Assembly: GCA_948745425.1 (NCBI GenBank)
Contig: CAPZDM010000002.1
Span: forward strand, 1-55,436
Length of the DNA stretch: 55,436 nucleotides
Source of the DNA: an uncultured Clostridia bacterium
Lineage (GTDB): Bacteria > Bacillota > Clostridia > TANB77 > CAG-508
Direction: 5' to 3'
A program made the translations under genes and the position numbers. The notes under the pieces are model-generated. The model saw nothing but the letters and a program-made list of their open reading frames with translations, ran no database searches and was not told the DNA's origin. Shown piece after piece: positions 28,590-39,332 of this stretch; position 1 is the first letter of the stretch, and the number at the start of each line of letters is the position of its first letter.

Positions 28590-31500
28590 TTATTTTATAT
28601 TTTTTCGTCCTATTATTATTAATTTTATTTGTGCTATGTCTGTTATTGTAATTTCTCCATCATAATCCACATCTGCTGCTTTTAGTTCTGCTCCTGTTAA
28701 TAACTCTTTTTCAATATAATGTAATTTTGCTTTGGCAAGGTCTGTAATCGTGATATCTCCATCTCCATCAATGTCACCTGTTACAACTAATGTATATTCT
28801 ACATCTCCTACTTTTAATTTTGTACCTGTTTTTATAATACTATTATCTTTTAAAGTATTTCCTACTTTGTCTATAAAAGTTAGGTCTTGTTCAGTTTCTG
28901 TGTTTTGCTTAAATGTGCTTACTGTTGTATTTTGTGGAATTTTTGAAATGTAGTCTTTTTCTATTTTGTATTTATCTGAACTTATTGATATATCTTTATC
29001 AATCCAGTCAACTTTTGCTACTGCTGTTGCTTTATTTCCTGCAAGGTCTTCAAATTCAAATGTAAATTCTCCCTTTTCTGTAAATGTATATTCTCTACTA
29101 GTTCCATTGTTTGTAACTATTATTTGTTCACTTTCATTTACCAGTTTTGCTACTACTTTATCTGTAGGCTCTTTTGTACTATAGCTAATTTCTGCTGTTG
29201 GTGCAGTTTTATCAATCCAGCTTACTTTTGCTTTGTGTTTTTTTACATCCCAATTATTACTGTCTGAAGAATCTTTATATTCAAATTCAAATTCTCCATT
29301 TTTTGTAAATGTATATTGTTTGTTTTTATTGTTATTAACCATTTCTACTTCTACGGTTTTACCTTCTGTATCAATTATGTATGGCTTAATAGTTGCTACA
29401 ACATCTGTATTTGTTAATTTTGTAATGTTATATGTAATATCACTTGCTATAATTGTAGTATCATTTTCTGTATAATCTGCTTTTATGCTTTTATATGCTA
29501 TATTACTTGCTTTATCAAGCATTTTAAATTCATATTCTCCACTTTCTTCAAATGTATATTCTAATGGATTTGTCATGGCTTGTTGTAATTGTCTTAAAGT
29601 TTCTTTTTCTGAATCAGTTATTGTTACACTATTACCTTCATTATCAAAGTATTCTTCTCCACTAACTGCTCCATTTTCTATTGTTGTTACATAAGTTCCA
29701 ACAGAATTAACTTTACCTGTTGTGTTTTTATATGTGATTTTTTTGATAACTCCATTTTCATCTACCTCAACTACTTTATACACATTGTTTGATGAGTCTA
29801 AATATGAGATATTTTTAACTTTTCCATTTTCAACTTCAATAAAGTTTATTTTGTTATTGTCTTTATCTAATAAATATACATCTTCGCTAATTCCATCTAA
29901 TAAAATAACTAATTTTTTATGGTCATCTATATCATAATCTATATCTGCTGATGGAATGTCTTTATCTATCCAATTTACTTTTGCTACAGCTGAACCTGTA
30001 TTTCCTTTTTCGTCTTCAAATTCAAATGTAAATTCTCCATTTTCAGTAAATATATATGTGTCTTTTCCATCATTGTTTGTAATTGTTATTTTGGTACTTG
30101 GATTTACAAGTCTCGCTACTACTCTTCCACTTGTTGGTTCTGTAGTGCTATATGCAATTCCTGCTGTAGGATGAGGATTTTTTGTTATGTCTTGAAAGAA
30201 GTTAAATGCTCTTGCAGTAAACCAATTACCATTAGAGGCACGGTCTGCTACTATTTTGACATATTGAACTTCTTTTTGTTGTTCTATTTCAAAACTTTTT
30301 GTGTTTTTAATAGCATCTTCATTTGTATTTGCTTGGTTAGTATATGTTAGATTTTTTAGATTTTTTAGTTCTTCCCAATTTTCTCCATCCATGCTACCAT
30401 AAATAGTACCATCTAAGATTTTTCCATTTCCCCCACCACCAGGTACATATTCTACTGCTGATAGATAAACTGATTGATCTAATTTAATAATAATATAACG
30501 TTCTGTGTCTGATCCATTCCATGCTGAGTGCCAATTAGTATTATAGTTTGCATCTATTGCATTTCTTGCATGTCTTCCTTGAGCAGTAGCTTCACTAGAA
30601 ACTCCCTCTATTGTTAAGTGAGATACTGGTATATATTTTCTTGTTTCTGGTTGATTGTCTTTAGTAAAATTATATGTTGCTACTGGACTTGTTAATTGTG
30701 TTCCTGTTGCACTTTGTCTTATTTGTACAGTTTTATCTCCTGTTAAATCTGGAGAACTTACACTATATAAAGTCCATTTATCTTTTTCTGAATAACGCCA
30801 TTCAATACCTAAGTTAACTCCTACTATACGATTTTCTAAGTCACTAGCAAATAAGGTTGCTGGAATTGCTCCTTCTGTAATGTCTATTTTATATAGGTTT
30901 TCTTCATCATAGTTTACTCCAACTATATGAACATATATATCATTTTCAGCTGTAATACTACTTATTTGTTGTGGTGTTAACTGTAATTTATGTTCTTCTT
31001 CTGCAGTAAATGAAACTTCGTTCCAAGTTTGTTTTCCGTCTAAGCTATAATCCCAACGAATACCACTTCCATTAAAACGACTTGATAATACAATTTTTCC
31101 TGCATCTGCTCCATCGAATGAAAATGTAGCAATTGTTTTATCTAGCTTTCCTAATAGATAGTTTGCTTCTGTTCTTGTAACTGATGGTTGAAGTACTTCA
31201 GTTGAAGTATTAGGAAGTTTACTTCCTTCTGTTAAAATTCTTGTTTGTAAAAGTGTAAATCTATATATATTTTCTACACTTGTTAATTTTGGTTTTATTA
31301 AATTTGTTAAATGTTGCATTGGTAATGGGAAACATTTTAACTTTTCTGCTAATTCTTCTGCTAAATTATAATAATCGTTTTCTGTTTTGTTTTCACTTGC
31401 ATTGTATACATTAATTAAACCAACCCACGCATCAATGTTTATAGGTTGTATTTGTAAAGCTTTCCTATATATCTCTTCTTGCTTTGCTAAATTTCCTTCA

Positions 31501-33413
31501 TATACTTTTGCACGCATGACTTCTTCTTCACACTTTACCAAATTTTCATAGTCATTTATTGCTTCTTGTGCTAATACTGTATATACTACAGAATAACCTC
31601 TACTGTAACTAGCGTTTCCCCAACCTAGTAACATTCTTTCACCTTTTTCTGATAACGTCCATCCACTTACGTCATTATCAATTCCCCAATAACCTTTTCC
31701 TTGTGTATTTTTTGTATAATATAAAAGGGCTGCGTGTCCTGGTTGACCAATAACTGTTGCAGGTATTCCATGTGTTGTACGAATATTTGAACCTGATTTT
31801 GATATACCTCCACAAACTGCTCCAGTTCCAAATTTGTTTCTGAAATTCATCCATACTTTATATAGTTTATAATCTGGAGTACCTCTTGTTACTTTAAATG
31901 TATAATTTGGATTATTTTTACCTCCTGGTATACTAAATTCTGTATCGAATAGACCTACTTTGCCAGTATTTTCTCCATTTTCATTAACTAATTCTTTACC
32001 TAAATTATCATCTTTTTTATTTACTGCAAATAATTCATTAAAATAACTTTTATTTTCTTCTGCATAATAAATTGCATTACCATAATTTGGCCATACATAA
32101 GCTATATATGGGTGAGGTGTTATGTATTTTGTTTGTTTATATTGATCTAATTTATCTTGAACATATGCATTTAACCATAGAATTTCTTCGTCATCTATAG
32201 CATTATTCATAACAAAACGCATCTCTTCAACTTGTAGAGATTCAAACCATTTTGTTATTTCCCAATTTCCTCCTAATGCATTAAGCTTTCCATTTTCATA
32301 CATATATTTATATATTGCATAACGTTTAAGAGCATCTGATTGATTTTCTGTTGCACCTGATTGCATCCATAAGCCAACTCTTTGTGAATGTGTTAAAGAA
32401 AGTGAAATTGCCATTTTTTTATACAAATCACCTTTGGTCATATTTGCTGGACACCAGTCATTTTGTATTCTTTTACTATTTGTAAAGTCATTACTATATT
32501 CATCATAAAGTCTAGAAAGTTGTGTTAATGAATTATAATAACTTCCACCTTCTGGTGTTCCCCCTAGTATATATAATCTTAGAACATCTAAGTTACTTGT
32601 TAACCATACATATGTGTTAGTATTTTGCTCACTTTCACCTAAAAATCTTTTTAAAGCATAATTACCTACTCTATTAATTAGTTCTCTTTTAAGTAGCGTT
32701 AATTCATATTCAGGATTTGTTAAATCTGCATTTGCAAATTCAGTTTTTATTTTTTCGTCTAATTCTTCTATTGATGGAACTAACTCTTCTCCTGGTTCTT
32801 TATATCCTCTTTTACTTAATTTCGCATCTACATAAACAGAATGGTCATTTCCATTTGATCCATTATCATTAGCTTCTAATTTTAAAAACTTTGCACCTTT
32901 AATATCTATTCTAGCAAATATTGCATTGTCAGCTGATTTAATTACAGGTGGATTTTCTTCGGTCTTTAGTTCCCAATTTTTCCCATCTGTTGATGTGTAT
33001 ATGTAAAATTTAACACCATTACCTCTATTACCAGAAGTATTATTTACTCCCATATATGTAGTTAAATAGTCATAATCACTATAATTTGTTAAATCATATA
33101 CTACTTTAGAACTTGCATGTGCCCATATACCCTTTTCAAAACTATACAAAGCACCTTCTATTTTTACCGAAAAATTTGCTCCACCATCTGTTTCATTTAT
33201 ATGTATAGTTCCCCAACCTGGTTTTGATTGTTTAGTATCATAAGGTATATCTGATAAATAACAAAAATCATTTTCACTTGCTAGAACTGTATAAGTTCCA
33301 TTCATTATACCTGTTTGTGTTAATAAAAATACTATTAATAATAATGTAAAACAAATACTTATTTTAAATAAAATTTTAAATTTACTTTTCTTATTTTTAA
33401 TATTTTCTTCCAT
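28590..33413 (-). CDS. 1607-aa secreted multidomain protein: NPCBM-like N-terminus, central catalytic-like region, F5/8 type C (discoidin) domain, four Ig-like repeats, C-terminal dockerin
   Basis: Signal/TM at the N-terminus. YLSDIPY...GWG...IWAHA (NPCBM-like). NAIDANYNTNWHSAW...NGNWFTARAFNFF (discoidin). Repeated GEFTFEFED..GN...A.AKV.WIDK modules. Dockerin GDIDGDGDITITD...DVDYDGEITITD. Confidence 0.7.
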   Translation of the reverse strand: MEENIKNKKSKFKILFKISICFTLLLIVFLLTQTGIMNGTYTVLASENDFCYLSDIPYDTKQSKPGWGTIHINETDGGANFSVKIEGALYSFEKGIWAHASSKVVYDLTNYSDYDYLTTYMGVNNTSGNRGNGVKFYIYTSTDGKNWELKTEENPPVIKSADNAIFARIDIKGAKFLKLEANDNGSNGNDHSVYVDAKLSKRGYKEPGEELVPSIEELDEKIKTEFANADLTNPEYELTLLKRELINRVGNYALKRFLGESEQNTNTYVWLTSNLDVLRLYILGGTPEGGSYYNSLTQLSRLYDEYSNDFTNSKRIQNDWCPANMTKGDLYKKMAISLSLTHSQRVGLWMQSGATENQSDALKRYAIYKYMYENGKLNALGGNWEITKWFESLQVEEMRFVMNNAIDDEEILWLNAYVQDKLDQYKQTKYITPHPYIAYVWPNYGNAIYYAEENKSYFNELFAVNKKDDNLGKELVNENGENTGKVGLFDTEFSIPGGKNNPNYTFKVTRGTPDYKLYKVWMNFRNKFGTGAVCGGISKSGSNIRTTHGIPATVIGQPGHAALLYYTKNTQGKGYWGIDNDVSGWTLSEKGERMLLGWGNASYSRGYSVVYTVLAQEAINDYENLVKCEEEVMRAKVYEGNLAKQEEIYRKALQIQPINIDAWVGLINVYNASENKTENDYYNLAEELAEKLKCFPLPMQHLTNLIKPKLTSVENIYRFTLLQTRILTEGSKLPNTSTEVLQPSVTRTEANYLLGKLDKTIATFSFDGADAGKIVLSSRFNGSGIRWDYSLDGKQTWNEVSFTAEEEHKLQLTPQQISSITAENDIYVHIVGVNYDEENLYKIDITEGAIPATLFASDLENRIVGVNLGIEWRYSEKDKWTLYSVSSPDLTGDKTVQIRQSATGTQLTSPVATYNFTKDNQPETRKYIPVSHLTIEGVSSEATAQGRHARNAIDANYNTNWHSAWNGSDTERYIIIKLDQSVYLSAVEYVPGGGGNGKILDGTIYGSMDGENWEELKNLKNLTYTNQANTNEDAIKNTKSFEIEQQKEVQYVKIVADRASNGNWFTARAFNFFQDITKNPHPTAGIAYSTTEPTSGRVVARLVNPSTKITITNNDGKDTYIFTENGEFTFEFEDEKGNTGSAVAKVNWIDKDIPSADIDYDIDDHKKLVILLDGISEDVYLLDKDNNKINFIEVENGKVKNISYLDSSNNVYKVVEVDENGVIKKITYKNTTGKVNSVGTYVTTIENGAVSGEEYFDNEGNSVTITDSEKETLRQLQQAMTNPLEYTFEESGEYEFKMLDKASNIAYKSIKADYTENDTTIIASDITYNITKLTNTDVVATIKPYIIDTEGKTVEVEMVNNNKNKQYTFTKNGEFEFEYKDSSDSNNWDVKKHKAKVSWIDKTAPTAEISYSTKEPTDKVVAKLVNESEQIIVTNNGTSREYTFTEKGEFTFEFEDLAGNKATAVAKVDWIDKDISISSDKYKIEKDYISKIPQNTTVSTFKQNTETEQDLTFIDKVGNTLKDNSIIKTGTKLKVGDVEYTLVVTGDIDGDGDITITDLAKAKLHYIEKELLTGAELKAADVDYDGEITITDIAQIKLIIIGRKNIK

Positions 33414-33766
33414 TTAGAAATCCTCCATTTTTTATTTTATTACTTTATTATTATACCATAAAATCAATGCTTATGTAAAGCTATTACGTATAATTCTTGG
33501 AAACTATTTTTCTAGTTTCTTGAATAATAATATAGCAAAATTGTTTTATTTTATCAATATGATTTTTATTACTATATTTTCTATATGTTTTCTTTTATTT
33601 ACGCATACTTTTATTTTGCATTTCTATTAAATTTCTGTTACATTTTTATCTCATTTTGTCGTGATTTATATTAAAAACAAATATAATACATATATCCGTA
33701 GGCTTTTGTGTGTTTAATATTTTTATCAGAATTATTCTTTCTCCTATTTTTGTGTGTTTCAATTTA

Positions 33767-34240
33767 CTAGAATTCTATGTGTATACATCTATAATTGTAA
33801 TATGCATAATCTGCTACTTTTTTCCCGAAGTTGTCAAATGTATGTGTTGCTACTAATGTATCATTTACTGTTTTACCATTTTCAATTACTACTAAACTAT
33901 GCGAAAATTTAAATCCATCAAAATTTAATTGTATAACATCTCCTACTTCTAATTTATCAATTGTTGTTTCTATCCCAGATGGTCCTTGACCTTTATTAGA
34001 CATTAAAAATTTATATAAAAATTCTACACCAGTCCATGAAGGAGACTTATTATTTCCATTTATATAATACCACCCATTATTTTTGTCATAGTTCATTTCT
34101 TCACACCCAGCAAATATGCATTGTGATACAAAATTTGTACAGTCTCCTCCTACAGGATCATAGTTATAATACTTCGGATTTCTACCATATGCCCATTTTT
34201 TTGCATACTCATATACTTTTTGTCTATTATATTTACTCAT
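33767..34240 (-). CDS. Putative amidase-domain (NlpC/P60-like) protein
   Basis: YAKKWAYGRNPKYYNY...GGDCTNFVSQCIFAG...SWTGV...HSLVV pattern. Confidence 0.6.
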   Translation of the reverse strand: MSKYNRQKVYEYAKKWAYGRNPKYYNYDPVGGDCTNFVSQCIFAGCEEMNYDKNNGWYYINGNNKSPSWTGVEFLYKFLMSNKGQGPSGIETTIDKLEVGDVIQLNFDGFKFSHSLVVIENGKTVNDTLVATHTFDNFGKKVADYAYYNYRCIHIEF

Positions 34241-34297
34241 ATTACATCACCTTTTATAATATATGCATTTAAAAGGTATAGGATTATACGTTTTATA

Positions 34298-36532
34298 TTA
34301 TAATTCTCTCGTGTGAATTTCATAGTCTTCATCTATTCTAAGTAATAGCCCAATTTCTTTATCATATTTCATATCCATTATATATTTATTTTTAATGTAT
34401 GGACATTCAATTATTTGGTTATTAAATTTGCACCTATTAGATTTATTAATTGATATAAATAATTCGTTTATCTTTCTCTTAATTTTAGCTTTTTCTTCTA
34501 CATCTCCTTCTAATTCATATTGTTTAAATAAATCTATATTTTCATCATAAATATTTTTAGGTATTACTTCAATATTTTCGATGTTCCTTAATATTTTTTG
34601 TGCATCTTTTTTAGTTGTATCATAATCTACAATATTTTCTAAGATTAAAAATGATTCTTTAAAATCTTTATAAAAGGCTGTGTCTTGTAACATTTCTTTT
34701 GAATATAATTTATCAACTAATTCAATTTTTGTTTGTTCTTCTAATATTTCTTCATTATGTTCTTCTAGTAATTCTATACTTTTTTCGTAAATTTCTTTAT
34801 CATATATATATCCTATTCCACTAGCTTCTTTTTTGTATATTTTAATATTAGGCTCTTTTCCATCATATTCTCTACTCCTAAAACATCTTCCTAGTCTCTG
34901 AAATAGACTATCTAATGTTGACATTTCTGTAAATAGTAAGTCAAAGTCTATATCTAATGATGCTTCTACTATTTGTGTTGTTATCCATATTCCTGTCTCA
35001 TCTTGTTGTTTTGAGAATTCTTTTATCTTTAATTCTTTTTTGTTTCTATCTTTTTGTGTAAATCTAGAATGTAATACATTTACATTGTCTGCACCTATAC
35101 TTTTCAAGTTATCGTATATTTCAATTGCTTTATTTATTGTGTTTACAATTATTAATACTTTTTTGCTTTTTGACTTTTCATAGATTTCACTCACATCTTC
35201 GTTTATGTTTTTATCTAACATTTTAATTTTATGTCTTTTGGTATTTTTGATGAATTCCTGATATTCAAACTTTATTCCCATATCCTCTAGTTTTTCTTTA
35301 TATATTCTTGGGAGTGTTGCTGTCATTATCATAAATTTTCCACCCAAATTATTTATCATCTGTAATCCTTTTAAAATTACTGCAACTATTTGTGGTGAAT
35401 ATGCTTGTATTTCATCAATTATTACTTTAGAATAACTTAGAGTAGCATATATTTTCTCGTATCCTCTATATTTAAATACGAATGGAAATATTTGATCTAT
35501 TGTACATGATGTTATTTTTTCATATAAATTTCTTGATTGTTCTACCTTTGCTATTTCATCTTCTTCTATTTTTTCTTTTGTGTAATTTTGGTTTTCTGCT
35601 TTTTCTTCTAAATAGTCAATAGCTGTAGAGTGTAATAGCCCTACGTGCTTATAGTCTATATTTTCAATTATTCTTTCATATATTGCATTTATACTTATTC
35701 TTAATGGTAATGTAAAAAATGTTTTATCATTTTTACTCCATAATAATGCTCCTTCTGTTTTTCCTATTCCAGTTGAACCTATTATCATTAGATTTTTGTC
35801 TTGATTATTTTTAGAAAATAATTGTAGTTCATTTGGCTTATAGCCTTTGTTTTCTATGAATTTTTCTACATAGTCTGAGATATTTTCTTCTGTTTCATCT
35901 TCTACTTTTACTTTAGCAGAACTACAATGGTCTAACCTATGTAATAATCCTTTCATTAAACAATAGTCTTTATATAACTCGTCTCCTTCTACAATTCTTG
36001 CTTGACCTTCTACTAGTCCTAAATAAAATGTCTTTAGTTCAGGAATTTCTATTTCTAATTGTCTTTCTATTTTATCTATGTTCGGTTTTATGTCTTTTTC
36101 TATTATCTCTTTTAGTAATTCTCTATCTATATGAACTACATTATTTCTTTCGTGATGATAATAAATTACTTGATATACTAGTTTTCTTTCTTCATGAGTC
36201 ATATCATATTTTTTCCAAGGTACAAACATAGGTGATATTTGTTCATGTTTAATTTCTTCGTTATCAAATGGCGTTCTTAGTAATTCTATCTTTACATTTC
36301 TTCTTATTGCATTTTGAAAACCAGAAAAAACTTTTCCTGTATCATGATATGTACAAATTATTTCCATGAGTTGCCAAAATCTCTTTTCACTTATATTTGA
36401 CACTTTTATTATTTTTGTACCATATTTGTTTTTTAGTATTCTTAAATTTTGTAACAATTGGTCTGTGTGTTCTTTTATCGTTTCTAGTGGTTTTGATTTT
36501 GCATAATATATATATTCCATCTTTTTCTCCAT
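34298..36532 (-). CDS. cas3: Cas3 (HD nuclease fused to a DEAD/DEAH helicase), located downstream of the CRISPR array
   Basis: HD region (HTDQLL...CTYHDTGK...YYHHER). Helicase motifs GSTGIGKTE (I), IIDEIQ (II), MTATLP (III) and RLGRCFR (VI). The start may be the ATG at 36520. Confidence 0.9.
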   Translation of the reverse strand: MEKKMEYIYYAKSKPLETIKEHTDQLLQNLRILKNKYGTKIIKVSNISEKRFWQLMEIICTYHDTGKVFSGFQNAIRRNVKIELLRTPFDNEEIKHEQISPMFVPWKKYDMTHEERKLVYQVIYYHHERNNVVHIDRELLKEIIEKDIKPNIDKIERQLEIEIPELKTFYLGLVEGQARIVEGDELYKDYCLMKGLLHRLDHCSSAKVKVEDETEENISDYVEKFIENKGYKPNELQLFSKNNQDKNLMIIGSTGIGKTEGALLWSKNDKTFFTLPLRISINAIYERIIENIDYKHVGLLHSTAIDYLEEKAENQNYTKEKIEEDEIAKVEQSRNLYEKITSCTIDQIFPFVFKYRGYEKIYATLSYSKVIIDEIQAYSPQIVAVILKGLQMINNLGGKFMIMTATLPRIYKEKLEDMGIKFEYQEFIKNTKRHKIKMLDKNINEDVSEIYEKSKSKKVLIIVNTINKAIEIYDNLKSIGADNVNVLHSRFTQKDRNKKELKIKEFSKQQDETGIWITTQIVEASLDIDFDLLFTEMSTLDSLFQRLGRCFRSREYDGKEPNIKIYKKEASGIGYIYDKEIYEKSIELLEEHNEEILEEQTKIELVDKLYSKEMLQDTAFYKDFKESFLILENIVDYDTTKKDAQKILRNIENIEVIPKNIYDENIDLFKQYELEGDVEEKAKIKRKINELFISINKSNRCKFNNQIIECPYIKNKYIMDMKYDKEIGLLLRIDEDYEIHTREL

Positions 36533-36543
36533 TTTTATAGATT

Positions 36544-38865
36544 ATTTATTACTCCTATATTTATATAACAGCTCTGTTTATTAGTCAAATTTTTGATGAT
36601 TCTTATTCTAGTATATTTATATAACAAATCTGAACAAAGAGAATGTTTAAGAATCTATGGTACATTTACATTCTAATATATTTATATAACAACATTATGT
36701 CCATAAATTATTGTTTCTTCATCTTCAAAATTCACATTCTAGTATATTTATATAACAACTCCCTTGAACCAATCAAAAAAATGCCAATTTCGTTCTTCAC
36801 ATTCTAGTATATTTATATAACAACTCTGACGATTTGAAAATAACAATCTTAAATCAACACTTCACATTCTAGTATATTTATATAACAACAGATTTAAGCT
36901 AGCTTGGGAAATTATAAAAATTATACTTCACATTCTAGTATATTTATATAACAACCTTTTCATGCTATTGTATGATGCTTTTGTTTGTTTTACTTCACAT
37001 TCTAGTATATTTATATAACAACTGCCATGCTATTGCCTGTTTCTCCTCTGTAATTTTGCTTCACATTCTAGTATATTTATATAACAACAATTTCTTTGTA
37101 TGTAACCCATTATCCTGTTCTCTGCTTCACATTCTAGTATATTTATATAACAACCGGGAATATTTTCATTTGCAAATTTTACAATTCTCTTCACATTCTA
37201 GTATATTTATATAACAACAGCCAAACGAAATACACGATTTGGTCAACTAATTGCCTTCACATTCTAGTATATTTATATAACAACAATATAAAACAAAGAC
37301 AAATGAATTTACGTTTCTCTTCACATTCTAGTATATTTATATAACAACAAGTCTTGAACCAATTAAAAAAATGCCTATTTCTTTCTTCACATTCTAGTAT
37401 ATTTATATAACAACTGAACGTGAAATGATAGACCCTGAGCTTGATATCCCACTTCACATTCTAGTATATTTATATAACAACAGTATCCATCGAAAAATAG
37501 TCTAATCCTTGTTTAAACTTCACATTCTAGTATATTTATATAACAACCTAGACCAAGAGAAAGCTTTTAGTGAATTAATTGACTTCACATTCTAGTATAT
37601 TTATATAACAACATAAAAGACGATAAAGACTATAAAAGCATTGCAGATCTTCACATTCTAGTATATTTATATAACAACGCTCAGTAACAATTGATACAAG
37701 TTTAAATAATGACTTCACATTCTAGTATATTTATATAACAACTAAAAGCTATACCACAAATAATAAGTGCGATATTAAACTTCACATTCTAGTATATTTA
37801 TATAACAACTAAGCTCATATCTTATTTCTTTTTTAGTATCGTCCTTCACATTCTAGTATATTTATATAACAACTATACCGTACGTTATGATAATATATAG
37901 TCATCCTACTTCACATTCTAGTATATTTATATAACAACCCAGCTGTGATGAGCAGTGTTAATTTTATTTTAGCGCTTCACATTCTAGTATATTTATATAA
38001 CAACCTATGTATAAATTATCCCCATTACTATCTTTGAACTTCACATTCTAGTATATTTATATAACAACCTTTTATATAACCTATAATTATCTTGTCTTCT
38101 TCAAACTTCACATTCTAGTATATTTATATAACAACGTAAATAAACATAAATTAAAATTCGACATTATTACACTTCACATTCTAGTATATTTATATAACAA
38201 CTCAAAAATGGTAAGCTCTTTTATTATACACAAAAGACTTCACATTCTAGTATATTTATATAACAACAACAATAAAGAAATATCAATATGTGTATATAAA
38301 AATACTTCACATTCTAGTATATTTATATAACAACTTACAAAGGCAGTAATAGACAAATAAGCATGAAAAACTTCACATTCTAGTATATTTATATAACAAC
38401 ATTTATCAAAAGTTATATTTTTAAGTTTTGCTAATGCCTTCACATTCTAGTATATTTATATAACAACTTTCTTATTGCTGTTCGACAAGGTTCTTCTAAT
38501 TCCTTCACATTCTAGTATATTTATATAACAACGTGCTCTGTAAAATAGTATCAGTATAATCAGCCTTCTTCACATTCTAGTATATTTATATAACAACCTT
38601 AACAGAGAATGCAATAGCATTAGAAGATACTTTCTTCACATTCTAGTATATTTATATAACAACATTATATTATAAAATTATGATATAATATTATATAGAA
38701 CTTCACATTCTAGTATATTTATATAACAACAATTCCAAAAGTAATAGTACAGCAAATGGTTTAAATATCTTCACATTCTAGTATATTTATATAACAACCA
38801 ATGAATTCTCGTTATATTGAACTTTGTTTATACTACTTCACATTCTAGTATATTTATATAACAAC
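36544..38865 (-). CRISPR. CRISPR array with about 36 repeats of 30 nt. The transcribed-strand repeat is GTTGTTATATAAATATACTAGAATGTGAAG and spacers are 34-38 nt.
   Basis: Regular 64-68 bp periodicity. 32 exact repeats, one repeat with a single mismatch, and 3 degenerate repeats (36544, 36598, 36664) at the cas3-proximal trailer end. The leader side abuts cas2. Confidence 0.95.
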
Positions 38866-39046
38866 AGGTAGACAGGAAGTACTTCTCTTATAATGTATTT
38901 ATAGTTATAATCTGTCTATCTATAATAAAATAACAAAAATAATATATTTACTAAATTTAATTTTTTTATAAGTCTTATTATTACAATAATTTTTCTATCT
39001 GTCATTCTTCCTATATTTTTACTTTAATTGACATCGACAGAATATT
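38866..39046 (-). promoter_or_regulatory. CRISPR leader (AT-rich region between cas2 and the first repeat)
   Basis: The position relative to cas1-cas2 and the conserved newest-end repeats indicate the leader. No coding potential. Confidence 0.6.
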
Positions 39047-39331
39047 CTATAAAAAATTGTCTGTCTTATCTTTTTCAACTTTACCCCAAAATTGCTTTTC
39101 TAACCATTTCTGGTTTCTACTTTTAAATAATATTACACTATCTTTATCATGTCTAATATATTTATCAATTTCTGCTTTTAGCTTTATTGCTTGCGACTCC
39201 AATAATTCTCCTTCAAATACTGAATTTTGTATATGTACTAAATATTTTTTACAAGCTTTAAACACTTTGTTTAAAATTTTCTGTCCTTCTTTGTCTTCTA
39301 AATTAATATCATAAACTAAAATAACATACAT
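39047..39331 (-). CDS. cas2: Cas2
   Basis: MYVILVYDI...VHIQNSVFEGEL. The start at 39331 is 2 nt from the cas1 stop (RBS ggtgg). Confidence 0.9.
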   Translation of the reverse strand: MYVILVYDINLEDKEGQKILNKVFKACKKYLVHIQNSVFEGELLESQAIKLKAEIDKYIRHDKDSVILFKSRNQKWLEKQFWGKVEKDKTDNFL

Positions 39332-39332
39332 A

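Noticed and set aside
36972-38443. ORFs 36972-37214 (+), 37257-37457 (-) and 38240-38443 (-)
   Set aside because: They lie entirely inside the CRISPR array. Their repetitive peptides (LLHILVYLYNN / CYINILECE) are simply translated repeats.
36544-38865. Self-targeting spacers against the two intervening elements in this window
   Set aside because: I compared spacers with the element sequences by eye and saw no convincing match. This is not a rigorous search, so it is neither claimed nor fully excluded.
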